This document shows positions 1-11,497 of a stretch of DNA of 33,539 bases, piece by piece. Made by a program: the position numbers and the translations under genes. Under the pieces are notes generated by a model. The model did no database searches, was not told where the DNA came from, and saw nothing but the letters and a program-made list of their open reading frames with translations. Every line of letters starts with the position of its first letter. Within the stretch, counting starts at the first letter, position 1. The DNA is from Octopus bimaculoides (taxonomy: Eukaryota): assembly GCF_001194135.2 (NCBI RefSeq), contig NC_068981.1, positions 181,418,605 through 181,452,143 on the forward strand. The letters are read 5' to 3'.

Positions 1-58
1 ACGATGATGATGATGATGATATATATATAAATAAATTATATCTATATCTATATCTATG

Positions 59-104
<46 letters not shown>

Positions 105-169
105 CACACACATACATACATGTATATATGTATGTAGGTATCTCTTTCTCTCTCTCTCTCTCTCTCTCT

Positions 170-640
170 CCCCCCTCCCCCCTCTCTCTGACTGGGTAAC
201 CATGTACTTCCTCTACAGCAAGACACCTGTTTCTGCCTCTCTGTCACACTCTAACCTTTCATCATCTGACACAAGATCACTTCCTCCAATGCCCCTCCCC
301 TTTCAAAGATTCCTTGTCTTGCCAAGTTACTTGGTGACTGTGCCAGTGCTGGTGCCACGTAAGAGGCATCCAGCCTACACTGTAAAGTGGTTGGCCTTTG
401 GAAGGGCATCCAGCTGTTAAAAACCATGCCAAAACTGACCTCACCTGTGCTGGTGCCATGTAAAATGCACTCAGTCCACTCTGCGGGGTGGTTGGTGCTA
501 GGAAGGGCATCCAGCCATAAAAAAAAAAGCCATGCCAAAACAGACACAGAAGTATGGTGTGGGCTCCTACCTGGTCAGCTCCTGTCAAACCATCCAACCC
601 ATGCCAGCGTGAAAGGAGGACGTTAAACAATGATGATGCT
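170..640 (+). mobile_element. LINE/SINE-related 3' fragment ending in GGACGTTAAAC(A/G)ATGATGATG tail
   Basis: Shares GGAAGGGCATCCAGC (twice, ~402 and ~501) and the ...GGACGTTAAAC-(GAT)n terminus with the opposite-strand copy at 33188-33460; positions 1-20 (GAT)n look like the tail of another copy. Family assignment (RTE-related) is inference. Confidence 0.65.
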
Positions 641-788
641 GATAATGAATTTAATTAAGTTTAAGTTCCTCATTAACTTCACAACATATTCTGTAAAAGG
701 TACATTAATTAGAGAAATAATTAATTTCTAATAATCACCCCTGTAAAAAGTTTTAATAATATATGAAGATTGTGTTTGTTACAGGAAA

Positions 789-1206
789 TATATTTACTCT
801 TTTACTTGTTTCAGTCATTTGACTGTGGCCGTGCTGGAGCACCACCTTCAGTCAAGGAAATCGACCCCAGGACTTATTCTTTGTAAGTCTAGTACTTATT
901 CTATCGGTCTCTTTTGCCGAACCACTAAGTTACGGGGACGTAAACACACCAGCATCGGTTGTCAAGCGATGTTGGGGGGACAAACACAGACACACACAAA
1001 CATATACACACACACACACACACATATATACACGTATATATGACGGGCTTCTTTCAGTTTCCGTCTACCAAATCCACTCACAAGGCTTCGGTCGGCCTGA
1101 AGCTATAGTAGAAGACACTTGCCCAAGGTGCCACGCAGTGGGACTGAACCCGGAACCATGTGGTTGGTAAGCAAGCTACTTACCACACAGCCACTCCTAC
1201 GCCTAT
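789..1206 (-). mobile_element. tRNA-derived SINE, family A (full length, with internal (CA/TA)n)
   Basis: Reverse complement starts GGAGTGGCTGTGTGGTAAGTAGC...GGTTCCGGGTTCAGTCCC (A/B-box-like head); homologous blocks recur at 13858-14250, 27470-27530 and 29718-29865. Confidence 0.85.
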
Positions 1207-2589
1207 TGTTTAACATATATACACACACTTCAAAATTAGTAAAAAAGTCTGTTAATTTTAAATTTAAAATAAATGATATTTATATCTCTGAAGACTAAGT
1301 CATTAAGGGCTATGGGATTCTGTGCAATCTTGGTAATATTCTACAAACAACTAAATTATCTAGATGAGAGAGAGGTGGGAGGGGGAGAGAGAGGGAGGGA
1401 GAGAGAGAGAGAGGTGGGGGTAGTGGGTATGGGAGAGTGAGAAGCTGTGTGTGTATGTGTGAGTGTGTGTGCATGTGTTAGTGAATGATGTTAGTATGTC
1501 TGAATGTGTGTGTCTGTATGCATGTTGTGTTGATAGTAATATAGAATGTTACACATAGACAATATTAATACAACAACTGAGTACTCTGAGTGATTTGTCA
1601 CTTTATCTGCTGTCAAACCCCCTCACAGTTGGGTAGGGAACAACGATAAAGATGATCTATTGAATAGCTTTTTAGATATGAAAGCCTTTTTACTTTTAAT
1701 AAGATTGACTTGGTTTCAAGTTAATAACAATTTATCTACCCACAAGTTCCTTCTCATTTATTAAATACTAATTCTGCTGATGTGTCAAAAGAAAATCTTT
1801 ATTTTTCTGGTGATTCATAATTCTTTTTCTTAACTCCTCTTTTCAGTTGTTAGCTGTTAACATTTATCAGAAATTTATGATTTTGCTTATGGGAATTGTG
1901 CAGAGAAAGATATTGTGTTTCAAATGTGCAGCTTGCACCAAGAAAGTGTTCTGATGCCAATAATAATAATCATTGCCAGTTGCTGTACAACTAAGTATGA
2001 GTAATATCACATAACTTGATATTTTTATATGAATTCTTTGTAACCTCTAATGGCAAGTTAGATGGACATGAAAGATTGATGGAGTAGATATTTTTCGTAG
2101 CTTGATGTATACATTTTCGCAAAATTTATCTCAAAAGGCTAATCAGTTCATATCCTGAGTCTGTATCCATAGTTATAACATTTCAACATTTCTCTATTAT
2201 TAGTTGTGAACAGGTACTAAGAATGGTACTGTTTACCATTGTAAGCCTCAAGGATATGAGCCAGCGAGAGATTCTCTATTCAATTTCTCAACCTACAGCA
2301 ATTAACAACCTAATTATTTTCAAGTTAAACATTGCCATTTTAAAAAAGCAAGGATACCCTGGATAATGTAGAACTAGCAATAGTGTCTGAAAAATAAGAT
2401 TAAATATCCATAGCTGGAACACTTTACTCTTAGGCATGCTTGATTAGAGCTCACCTGGAGTCAAATACCTTCAACAATAACAACCAACTAAGGATGCTGT
2501 ATATCTAATCTAGAGGTTGGGATGCTTTAATTTTATGTATATTTGATTAGAGTTGACTAAAAGTTAAAGACATTGAACAATAACAATAA

Positions 2590-2807
2590 CCCTTTAGCAT
2601 TTAAACTGACCGTATCTGGCCAAAATATTTTATCTGTTTTATGTTTGAACCAGCCAGATCTTGCCTTTCACACCTACCCTAAATGTCATTTTAAACATAA
2701 ACAACTACATCATTGAAATTTCAAAGTTACAAGATAATGCTTAATTAATTCAAACGATGTGTATAAATCAGCATTACATTTGATAAAGTAATTTGAATGC
2801 TAAAGGG
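2590..2807. mobile_element. piggyBac-type MITE
   Basis: Terminal inverted repeats CCCTTTAGCATT / AATGCTAAAGGG; right flank TTAA, left flank ATAA (one change from a TTAA target-site duplication); non-coding interior. Confidence 0.75.
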
Positions 2808-3177
2808 TTAATGCAGAAGTTGTTAAACGTTGCACTGTCATGAATTGTACAGTGCACCATTAATCCATGGCATAGCTACAATGAGTTCCACTGGGTCAGC
2901 CCTTCAATTTACTGCCTCTAACCCTGCTCCCTATCCTATAGATCAAACTCAAAAGTGCTACTTCTGCAAAAGTGCTACTTCTGCAAAAGTGTTACCCAGA
3001 GTAGACTCCGCCCCATCACCCCCTGCCAGCTATATCACTACGAGAAATTCCTTTTCGTTTGATCCCAGTGTATCATGAAGTCAACAGAATCACTAAATTG
3101 AAGGACTGTGCTGAATTCAGATCATACCACTACAAATAAAAAAACCATGAGTTAGATAGCATGTAACCACTCAAATT

Positions 3178-3500
3178 AGTGAAGGTACATAGCTCAGTGA
3201 GTTGAGCATCAGGTTTACAATTGTGAGGCAGTGAGTTCAATTCTCAGACTGGGTTGTATGTTGCATTCTTGAGCAAGGCACTTTATTTTATGTTGCTCCA
3301 GTTCACTCAGCTGTAGAAAAGAATTGCAATGTCACTGGTACCATGCTCTATCTGTCTTTGCCTTTCCCTTGGACAATATCAGTGGCATAGAGGAGAGAGA
3401 CTGGTATATGTGGGCAACTGTTGGTCTTCAACAAACAACTTTGCCCAGACTTGTGCCTCAGAGAGGAACTTTCTAGGTGCAATCCTATGGTCATTTGTGA
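3178..3500 (+). mobile_element. Diverged tRNA-derived SINE related to family B
   Basis: AGCTCAGTGAGTTGAGC...GAGTTCAATTCTC head and TTCTTGAGCAAGGCACTT...GTTGCTCCAGTTCACTCAGCTG core match the 10100-10330 copy with many substitutions. Confidence 0.7.
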
Positions 3501-3984
3501 CTGAAGGTGTTCTTCACCTTTTTTAATCACTCAAACTAGACTATCCTGAAATTATGGTGGATGTGAACTATTTCAGCAGATGGACTTATTGAATCAATGA
3601 TGAATATCACTAGATGCTAAACAGATGAACAATCAACAAATTGTCAACAGCCAGGATAAACCAGTTCAATTAGAGAACAACTGCTATCATCTGTAATCAT
3701 GGTGTGTACAGATTAAATATTTCATCTATTAAAAGACTAATGTGACTAAAACTTGAGCCTGATGTTCATGCTGTACTGCTCAATCAGGACATTTGGCAAT
3801 CAAGAGTTGCATTGGTTCCTGAAAGTTCCCTAAATGGATGATGATGACAACTGAAATAGCATTTTCCTTCCCATACAAATCTAAAACATTTGTGCATAAA
3901 TCAGAAATCAGTTTTTTTTTTCTGTATGAGGATTGAATTCACTATTGAAACCAGTTATTATTTAATACTCTTAAGGTAAATGTG

Positions 3985-4880
3985 GCAAGCTGGCAGAAAC
4001 GTTTGCACGCCGGGCGAAATGCTGCGCGGTATTTTGTCTGCCATTACGTTCCAAGTTCAAATTCCGCCAAGGCCGACTCTGCCTTTTATCCTTTTGGGGT
4101 TGATAAATTAAGTACTAGTTATGCAATGGGGTCGATGTGATCGACTTAATCCATTTGTCTGTCCTTGTTTGTCCCCTCTATGTTTAGCCCCTTTGTGGGC
4201 AATAAAAAATAAGAAACGTTTGCATGAAGGCGGTGAGTTGGCAGAAATGTTAGCACACCGGGCAAAATGCTTAGCGGTATTTCGTTTGTCTTTATGGTTT
4301 GAGTTCAAATTCCACCGAGGTTGACTTTGCCTTTCATCCTTTCGGGGTCAATAAATTAAGTACCAGTTATGCACTGGGGTCAATGTAATCGACTTAATCC
4401 GTTTGTCTGTCCTTGTTTGTCCCCTCTATGTTTAACCCCTTGTGGGCAGTAAAGAAATAAGAAACGTTTGCCTGCCGGGTGAAATGCTTAGCGGTATTTC
4501 GTTTGTCTTTATGGTCTGAGTTCAAATTCCGCCGAGGTTGACTTTGCTTTTCACCCTTTCGGGGTTGATAAATTAAGTACTGGTTGCATACTGGGGTCGA
4601 TCTAATCAACTGGCCCCCTCCCCAAAAATTTCAGACCTTGTGCCTAGAGTAGAAAAGAATATTCTTAAGATAGCAAACTGGCAGAGTTGTTAGCATAGTG
4701 GACAAAATATTTATCAGTAGCTCTTCCAGTCCTTTATGGTCTGGTTCAAATACTATTAAGATCAAATTTGCTTCTGATCCCATCATGGTTGATAAAATAA
4801 AATACCAGCCAAGAATTGGAGTCAATGCAAAGCACTTAACTCTCCCCATTAAATTGCTAGCCAGGTGCCAAAATTAAAAA
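3985..4880 (+). mobile_element. Four head-to-tail copies of SINE family C
   Basis: GCTGGCAGAAACGTT(A/T)GCAC...GAGTTCAAATTCCGCCGAGGT(C/T)GACTTTGCCTTTCATCCTTTCGGGG block repeats at ~3985, ~4228, ~4462 and ~4672. Confidence 0.85.
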
Positions 4881-5779
4881 AAAATATTTAATATCCTTAA
4901 GAAAGGCATTCATATTATGCAATCTAATTTAGCCTTTATTATAGATATCTTCCATTATAATTCCATTTACATATAAGATGCTTTATAGGAATATTAAATT
5001 AACTTAAGTACTTGAATACTTTATTTTAGTGATCCCAGGAGGATAAAATACAAAGTAGTCCTTGATGAGATTTAGTTATGCATCTTTATGTAAACAGCCA
5101 TAACTAACTCCCACAGGAATTCTATCAACACTTTAATGATTCTGCTAATACATGATGCTTTTTGCTTATTTTAGAAATAGTTAATACTGATCTCATCTTT
5201 CCGACATAATCCTAACAACCTTCCTTTCAATCATGTACACAGTCACTCAATAATATTTCGCTGAGATCACTGGTACATCTCACTCACCATCATAATATCT
5301 TCTTAAATATTTGGTTGAAAAACCTGTACAGATACAATTTTAAAAAAATGCCAGTAGTTGGCTGAAATGGTAGAACATCATATTAAAATCTTTTATCCAT
5401 CTGCATTCTAAGTTCAGATTCTTCAAATGTATTCACGTTTTTGCCTCTTATTCCTCAAAGTGTTGGATGAATAACACCCATATACTGAGGTTAACTCATT
5501 TGAGCAGACTTTACCATTGAAAGACAACCAGCTTTGTGTCTTTGTAAGGAATCGTTATTGTAGCAGGTAAAAAAAGACTTTTATTCTTTTGGCTGTTTTT
5601 GAAGTGATGACTGGAAGGAATTAACAAATCCAGTACAACTTAGTGAAAACTAAAGTCATACCATTCAAAGGACTTAACTCACTGTCTAAATTGATTGATT
5701 TTTAAATTACTTTAGACTAACTAATTTTATAATCTGAAGTTATGTCATGCTGAAGAGCTCATCATGAAGACAAAATGGT

Positions 5780-6690
5780 ACTATCCTCAACTACTGGGAA
5801 GTCTAATTAAAAAATTATATCGAAACAATACATGCTGTTTTTACTCTTTTCACTCTTTGGTAATGATTTCTCAACATAGGGTGGGAAGGGGGAAGAAACT
5901 TAGAAGCAATTCTCTCTCTTTAAGTAGCATACCCTCTCTCTTCCACCCTATAAAGTAGTTCCCAACCAAGCTCTTGAATAGCATTTTTAGTCAAATTAGC
6001 AATGTAAAGGTGAGCACTATCATGCTGAAGAATTACGTCATGTAACCAATCAGATCGTTTCAGCTGGATTGCCTCATTGAACCAGAGCATTTGCTGAATG
6101 TAAAGCTTTGCATTGACCATGTGGTTGTTTTCAAGCATTTTGTAGAGTGGATTAATCATTCCTAGTCCCACCAAATGCAGATCATTGTCTTGTGTGAATG
6201 TGGATCTAACTTGGCTTGAAGCGTTGCTTGCTTGTTGGGACTCAGCCATTTTTCCACTGCTTCATATTGCTGTAAAAACACTATTTTACATCACTGTGAT
6301 GATGCGGTAAAGGAATCTGTTTGTGTTCCTGAGTAACCTGGTGTCGAGTATGCAAACTGGCAGTGATAGAGGAGCACTGGAGTCTGTCTCTTTTGTTTAG
6401 AGTGTATAGCACCCAAGCACCAAGTTTTTGGACCTTACCCACTGAGTGAAGGTAATGAGTGATAGCATCAGGGAAAGCATCCCATCTACTGGACCAATCC
6501 CCTAGTGTATGGGCACAGATGAGCTGGTTCAATCGATTTTTATTTTATGGACAAGTTGGTCAGAATGCGGATAGACTGCGAGGTTGAATCTCTCTTTCTT
6601 TAACCGTTTGCGTACAATTCTTTCAGTACCAGCGTCATCGTCATACACAGAACAACTGTCTTGAGTGGCTTCTTTGGTAGTATTGACACG
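5780..6690 (-). pseudogene. Mariner (DD34D-type) transposase remnant, frameshifted
   Basis: ORF pieces HYLHSVGKVQKLGAWV (cf. the mariner WVPHEL region) and VILQHDSAHLYIANLTKNAIQELGWELL (cf. ILQHDNARPH...LGWEVL); multiple stops and frameshifts. Confidence 0.85.
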
Positions 6691-6719
6691 TTATACACAC
6701 ACACACACACACACACACA

Positions 6720-7180
6720 CAGAGGAAGTTAAATGTTATGGCTAGTCATAAAGTGACCATTGATTTCGCACCTATAAAGCGATTAGCAGTATAGGTGACT
6801 CGTCAGACTCAAATGACCAAAGGCGTATAACTTCTCTACAACTGGAGGAAGAAATACGTTATAGTCAGTTTTATAAAGAAAAATATTCGTCCGTGCAAAG
6901 GTGCTGCAGGCAAGAAGGGTTTATCCACTTTCCATCTGCTCAGGTTGTACTGACATTCGAAGGAGCTGCGGCAGGCCTATCCAGCGTTTTAGATGAGGGT
7001 ATTGACTAAATACCTCTTTCCTGGAGTTTAAATTGGTTCCGGGTCGAGCGAGTTTTTCAGGATTTTTGCTCTCTCTGTCAAAGAAAACTTACATCGTTTA
7101 CTCCATAAGTCCCCGGTTGTTCAAGGAGCATCCTATTTATGATGTATGGGGTTCCTTCCTCTTTTAAGCGCCATACGGTA
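6720..7180 (-). mobile_element. Penelope-like element 3' fragment: GIY-YIG endonuclease C-terminus plus pseudo-LTR
   Basis: Manual translation across two frameshifts: VWRLKEEGTPYIINRMLLEQPGTYG / SKRCKFSLTERAKILKNSLDPE / TNLNSRKEVFSQYPHLKRW. This resembles the recalled PLE C-terminal pattern KYIWxLKxxxxxYxIxW...KRCxLCLxEKxxI...LNxRxE...CxH. A hammerhead motif follows downstream; the fragment abuts a (CA)n tract. Confidence 0.8.
6751..6810 (-). ncRNA. Type I minimal hammerhead ribozyme motif
   Basis: Minus strand GAGT-CTGACGA-G(T)CACCTATA..TATAGGTGC-GAAA-TC AAT GG-TC-ACTT. Core CUGANGA/GAAA/UC is intact. Stem I GAGU/ACUU, 8-bp stem II helix, short stem III, GUC cleavage triplet. Confidence 0.75.
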
Positions 7181-7562
7181 TTTGTATAAATGTATGAATA
7201 GTATACAATCAATGTACAACATAAGCGAATGTTATATGTGTATCATACTTACTATATAGTTAGTTAAAAAAACATAGATCATTCGAAATCATCCTAGAAA
7301 TTATTTGGAAACATTCCTTCGAAGGGTGGTTAGAGTTTTAAGAAAGCAAACAAAGGAGATAACTATAATGAATTGATTTGATCAAAGAAAACGTGTATTT
7401 ATTTGTATGTACCTGCTTGTGTTTACGCGTATGTGTGTGTTGTATTTGTTCGGACGTTTGTCTGAAGGCATGTGCTTGTGTGGTGTGGTGGTGGTGGTGG
7501 TGGTGATGGTGGTGGTAGTAGTGTGTGTATCCACTCACAGTAGATGAATATACTTACACGCA

Positions 7563-7718
7563 CACTGTAGTGTAGCTAGAGCGTAGGCCATCTGGGGCAG
7601 CTCTTAGGTTTCCCGTCCTCCACCTCGCGACCCCAATCCTATACAGGTTTATACAGCAGACCCAAAATTGCCGGCACCCTAAAAGCGTCATCCGGGGCGG
7701 ATTCTCGTCTCCGCACTG
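7563..7718. mobile_element. Possible degenerate hAT-type MITE
   Basis: GC-rich island; ends CTGTAGTGTAGCTAG... / ...CTCCGCACTG resemble CAGTGGCGTAG-type termini; only a 5/8 match for an 8-bp TSD. Confidence 0.3.
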
Positions 7719-8039
7719 CAGACACTGTTGTCTGCGCGTGAATTTGTGTGTGTGTATGTGTGTGTGTGTGCGCGCGCGCCCCGCGTGCGTCTATTTGTGT
7801 CTGACTCAGCCACTAAATAGATTATCAAAGAAATGAGTAGAGTTTAGTTGTAGTCGAAAGAAGAAATCACTCATAATCTCAGGTGTTTAAATATCAAGAG
7901 GTAAACTGATAGACGAACACCTGTCAAATAGCGAATATAAGTTTCCTGCGTTAACGAATTGATATATTTCCATGCAGCCTCCAATAGTAAACAAGTTGTG
8001 TACCTGCTGGCGAATTAGCAGTCATTAGAATGCCCCGAA

Positions 8040-8100
8040 TGGAGGCGCAATGGCCCAGTGGTTAGGGCAGCGGACTCGCGGTCGAAGGATCAAATCCCGC
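8040..8100 (+). mobile_element. Truncated tRNA-derived SINE head (family E)
   Basis: GGAGGCGCAATGGCCCAGTGGTTAGGGCAGCGGACTCGCGGTCG matches the reverse complement of 20430-20480. Confidence 0.75.
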
Positions 8101-8699
8101 TGGTGTCAACTTTGTTTTATATACTCATGGAATGGGATGAGTAAAAAGAAAAAAGTAGCGTTGAAGACATCTGATTGTCCGAAATTCTCCCAAAATATCA
8201 GTTTTAAAAACTTGTAATTTCTTAATTTTTAATTTCTCAAAAAAAAAAAAAAAACGCTCATAGTTTTCGTAATAAGCACGAAAAGCACCATCTCATTTTT
8301 TTTCCTTTTGCTTTTTACTTGTTTCTGTCATTAGGCTGCAGCCACGCTTATTGGAGATTTTATTCAACTGTTACGAAGTTTCACAATTGCGACGAGTTGG
8401 AATTAGTTTTGAAAGAGAATTTCTTGTTACTGTTAGTAGAAGTCTGTTATTGCGTTATGTGGGAAGATAAAGGTAAATAATGCAGAGCTCGCGAGAAGTT
8501 GCTATTTTAACTGCCTGAAACCTCCAATGAGTAAGAGAAAAAAGAATGAAGTCAACTCTTTGAAAGTTACGGAATAAAGTTTTTCCTATTGGTATCTCAA
8601 ATTTATACCTGTGCCAAAATCGAACTAGATAGTTAACAATAGAATGAAATGGCTTAATTTCATTAAACTCTGTTTCACCGAAAATGGTGGCGAATTTGA

Positions 8700-9230
8700 C
8701 AAGTTGAACTAATAAATTCCAAAATGCAAATTCCAAGTGCAACGGAAACAAACGTAAAGATCGTGGTTTCGATTCTTGGTTACGAACCCAATGTGTGCCT
8801 CTTATACACGTAAAAAAACAAAGAGATGAGATGAACGGAGGACAAATGGAGTCCATAAGTCCAAGTGCAGGCAACTACGTCCAGGGAAAACAGTAGTTTT
8901 GAATGAAAACATTGAAACAGAATGAGGGGAGCGGGTGTTTTAGTTCAACTGTTGTCAACCCTTCTTATGCCAGTGGAACGATAAAATGCCTCTAGCTCAC
9001 GCTATAAAGTGACGCGGTGTAGCTGCAGCTGGATGTTCTTCCATCTGTAATCACCATGAAGAGCAGCCATTTGTAACACCAGACCAAAAACATGACACAC
9101 ACAGCAAAGATGACTAGTTTTGTGTGATGCCGTCTGTGACAGAGGACGAAGGGCTGCAATGAGCGGTGAAACCTACATAACACATGCCAATTTGGAAAGA
9201 AAAAGTTGTTTCATCTTATACTCATTACGG
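8700..9230 (+). pseudogene. Heavily decayed DNA transposon remnant, possibly piggyBac
   Basis: Scattered plus-strand peptides KRKDRGFDSW, MNGG...NY, STVVN and VCDRGRR...SGETYIT...ERKSCFIL loosely follow the order of piggyBac C-terminal motifs; weak. Confidence 0.3.
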
Positions 9231-9602
9231 CTGAATAGCACTCATATTTTCTCACAGCTTATTTACCACCTGTTGGTCACACACACTGACAATGCACATT
9301 AGGCTATGATTACGTAATTTCTTATTAGTATTCACACAATCTCCGCATTCACAACCCACCCTTCATTGGAGAAGAGAAACCCTTTGTTGTTAACAATCTT
9401 CCCTTCAAATTAGCTCGCATAGAAAACACATGCTGTCAACTCCTTCTGGGTAGTTTAAAGATCGCATATCATGGGTGCACTTACTGCTAACAATTTTCGT
9501 GCATCAGTTGCATATTTATTCCTTCTTCTTCGTCAGCACACCTTACATACCCTTGAATATTTTGTGTACCTATAATTTAAATTGGCCACGTAGTATGGAG
9601 TA

Positions 9603-9657
9603 AATACATACATACATACATACATACATACATACATACATACATACATACATACAT
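9603..9657. repeat. (TACA)n microsatellite
   Basis: Directly visible. Confidence 0.95.
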
Positions 9658-10099
9658 AAGTAATGAATACGAAAGTGGGTAATCAACACTACAACACAGT
9701 ATTGGTGAATGAATAACTTTTAACAGACTGATTGGTGTTAATACGGTACCAATGGCTTCATACTGAATTCTAAGCAGTTATTCGACGGCAGACAGGATTA
9801 TATTATCGTAGCTCTTCTCTCCGATGGAAGATACCTTCCTCTTTCTTTGCCATCAACAGTGTGTGTGTGTGTGTGTGTTGGTAGTACGTACATATGTATT
9901 TATGTGCGTGAGTATGTAAGTNNNNNNNNNNNNNNNNNNNNNNNNNNNNNNNNNNNNNNNNNNNNNNNNNNNNNNNNNNNNNNNNNNNNNNNNNNNNNNN
10001 NNNNNNNNNNNNNNNNNNNNNNNNNNNNNNNNNNNNNNNNNNNNNNNNNNNNNNNNNNNNNNNNNNNNNNNNNNNNNNNNNNNNNNNNNNNNNNNNNNN

Positions 10100-10330
10100 T
10101 AGTGGTTAGGGTGTCAGCTTCATGATCGTAAGATTGCGGTTTCGATTTCTGGACCGGGCGATGCGTTGTGTTCTTGAGCAAAACACTTCATTTCACGTTG
10201 CTCCAGTCCACTCAGCTGGCAAAAATGAGTAAAGCTGCGATGGACTGGCGTCCCGTCCAGCTGGGGAACACATACGCCATTGAAACCGGGAAACCGGGCC
10301 CATGAGCCTGGCTAGGCTTTAAAAGGGCGC
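10100..10330 (+). mobile_element. tRNA-derived SINE, family B
   Basis: AGTGGTTAGG (A-box-like) ... GGTTTCGATT (B-box-like) head; about 95% identical by manual alignment to the inverted copy at 11498-11737. Confidence 0.85.
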
Positions 10331-10335
10331 AAAGA

Positions 10336-10752
10336 AAGAAGCCTTGATCATTGATCATCGTCTCCGATGGTCAGGTCAGGTCACGTCCGTCGGATGAATG
10401 AACATCGCCTTCCCAAGATCTGTCTCTATGCTGAACTGTCTGAAGGAAAACGTCCTTGTGGAGCCCCCTTGAGGCAGTACAAGGACCAACTCAAATCAAC
10501 TCTGAAAAGCACCAACATCGACCCCGCATACTGGGAAGATATCTCAGCAAACAGACCCCTCTGGAGATACACCATTAAAACGGGTTCTGCGGACTTCGAG
10601 AAAGCCCGAGTCGCAAGAGCTAAACTCAGAGACGGGAGAGAAAGCGGTGCCTTCTCCTTCCCAAATCAGCTCCTTCTATCCCTTGTCCACAAAGTCCCCG
10701 TATGTTTCATGCAACCCTTGGATTGCGGAGCCATCTGCGGTTCAAACACCCA
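10336..10752 (+). mobile_element. RTE-clade LINE ORF 3' fragment
   Basis: HRLRWSG..HVRRMNEHRLPKICLYAELSEGKRPCGAPLRQYKDQLKSTLK...WEDISANRPLWR is the typical RTE post-RT C-terminus; a frameshifted C2H2-like end (PCPQSPRMFHATLGLRSHLR) follows. Confidence 0.9.
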
Positions 10753-11497
10753 GGAAAATGAACTGGATTGTAAGCTCGTAAATACGAAACGTGGCCAACA
10801 ACATATATTCATTGCTATTTCAAGACGATGAGTTTAAATATGCCCTGAATTATCTCCCGTAATTACTGATAAAAAAAGGAAAAGATATTGACTAGCATTA
10901 TTTTTCTTTGCCTTACCGCATAATCATTTCTAGATAGCTTTTGATGCTGCTTGTATTAAATATGCTAATGTTAACTTATCTCAAGTTAAATAGCTATCAG
11001 AGAATATCAAAGCTAATACCGAAGGGAGAGACATAGTTCACCAAATACTTTCTTCCTCTCTTGCTTTCAGACATGTATCACATGGGCAGACATTCCCGAC
11101 TCGTGATGTGAACGAGAAAAAGAAGCGATTCATAGCGAAGTTTAGCAAGAAAATGTGTGTATTTGTAAAAGGGCTGTAAATATTAATGTTACCGAATTAT
11201 CACATTACGTAAAGATGTGTGTAGGCGCAGCACGCCCACACACATCCTTATAAACATCACATCCGGGCGCGCGCGCAAACACATGTGTGTATATGTGAAG
11301 ATATATATGTATGTATATATATATGTGTGTGTATGTGTGTATTTATTGTGTAGTAGAAGAGTGTGACGCTGCAGTGGAACTGAACCCAAAGCCACGTGGT
11401 TGCAAAACGAGCTTCTTAACATAGCCATGCCTATGCCTATAAAATCTATAAAACCCCCTTTTGTGGATAAAAAAAAATAAATAAAATAAATGTATCC

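Noticed and set aside
1847-2000. Plus-strand exon candidate (EIYDFAYGNCAEKDIVFQMCSLHQES)
   Set aside because: No convincing donor and no recognisable homology.
2950-2992. AAAAGTGCTACTTCTGC repeated ~2.5 times (CRISPR-like?)
   Set aside because: A simple tandem duplication with no spacers, in a eukaryotic context.
5745-5780. CTGAAGAG...GAAG hammerhead-like string; similar CTGATGA/CTGAAGA hits at 9530, 21160, 25297, 28223, 28349 and 31046
   Set aside because: No properly spaced GAAA with pairing stems I-III; 21160 is Tc1 coding sequence and 25297 is gag.
6981-7100. Selenocysteine use in the Penelope-type endonuclease
   Set aside because: Some PLEs are reported to use in-frame TGA, but the candidate Cys positions here are TGT, TCT and TAC, not TGA; no SECIS was recognised.
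8455-8874. 139-aa minus-strand ORF with a faint pogo/Tigger HTH-like stretch (KFATIFGETEF...RFWHRY)
   Set aside because: Similarity is too weak and conflicts with an equally weak plus-strand piggyBac reading of the same DNA; not supportable without a search.
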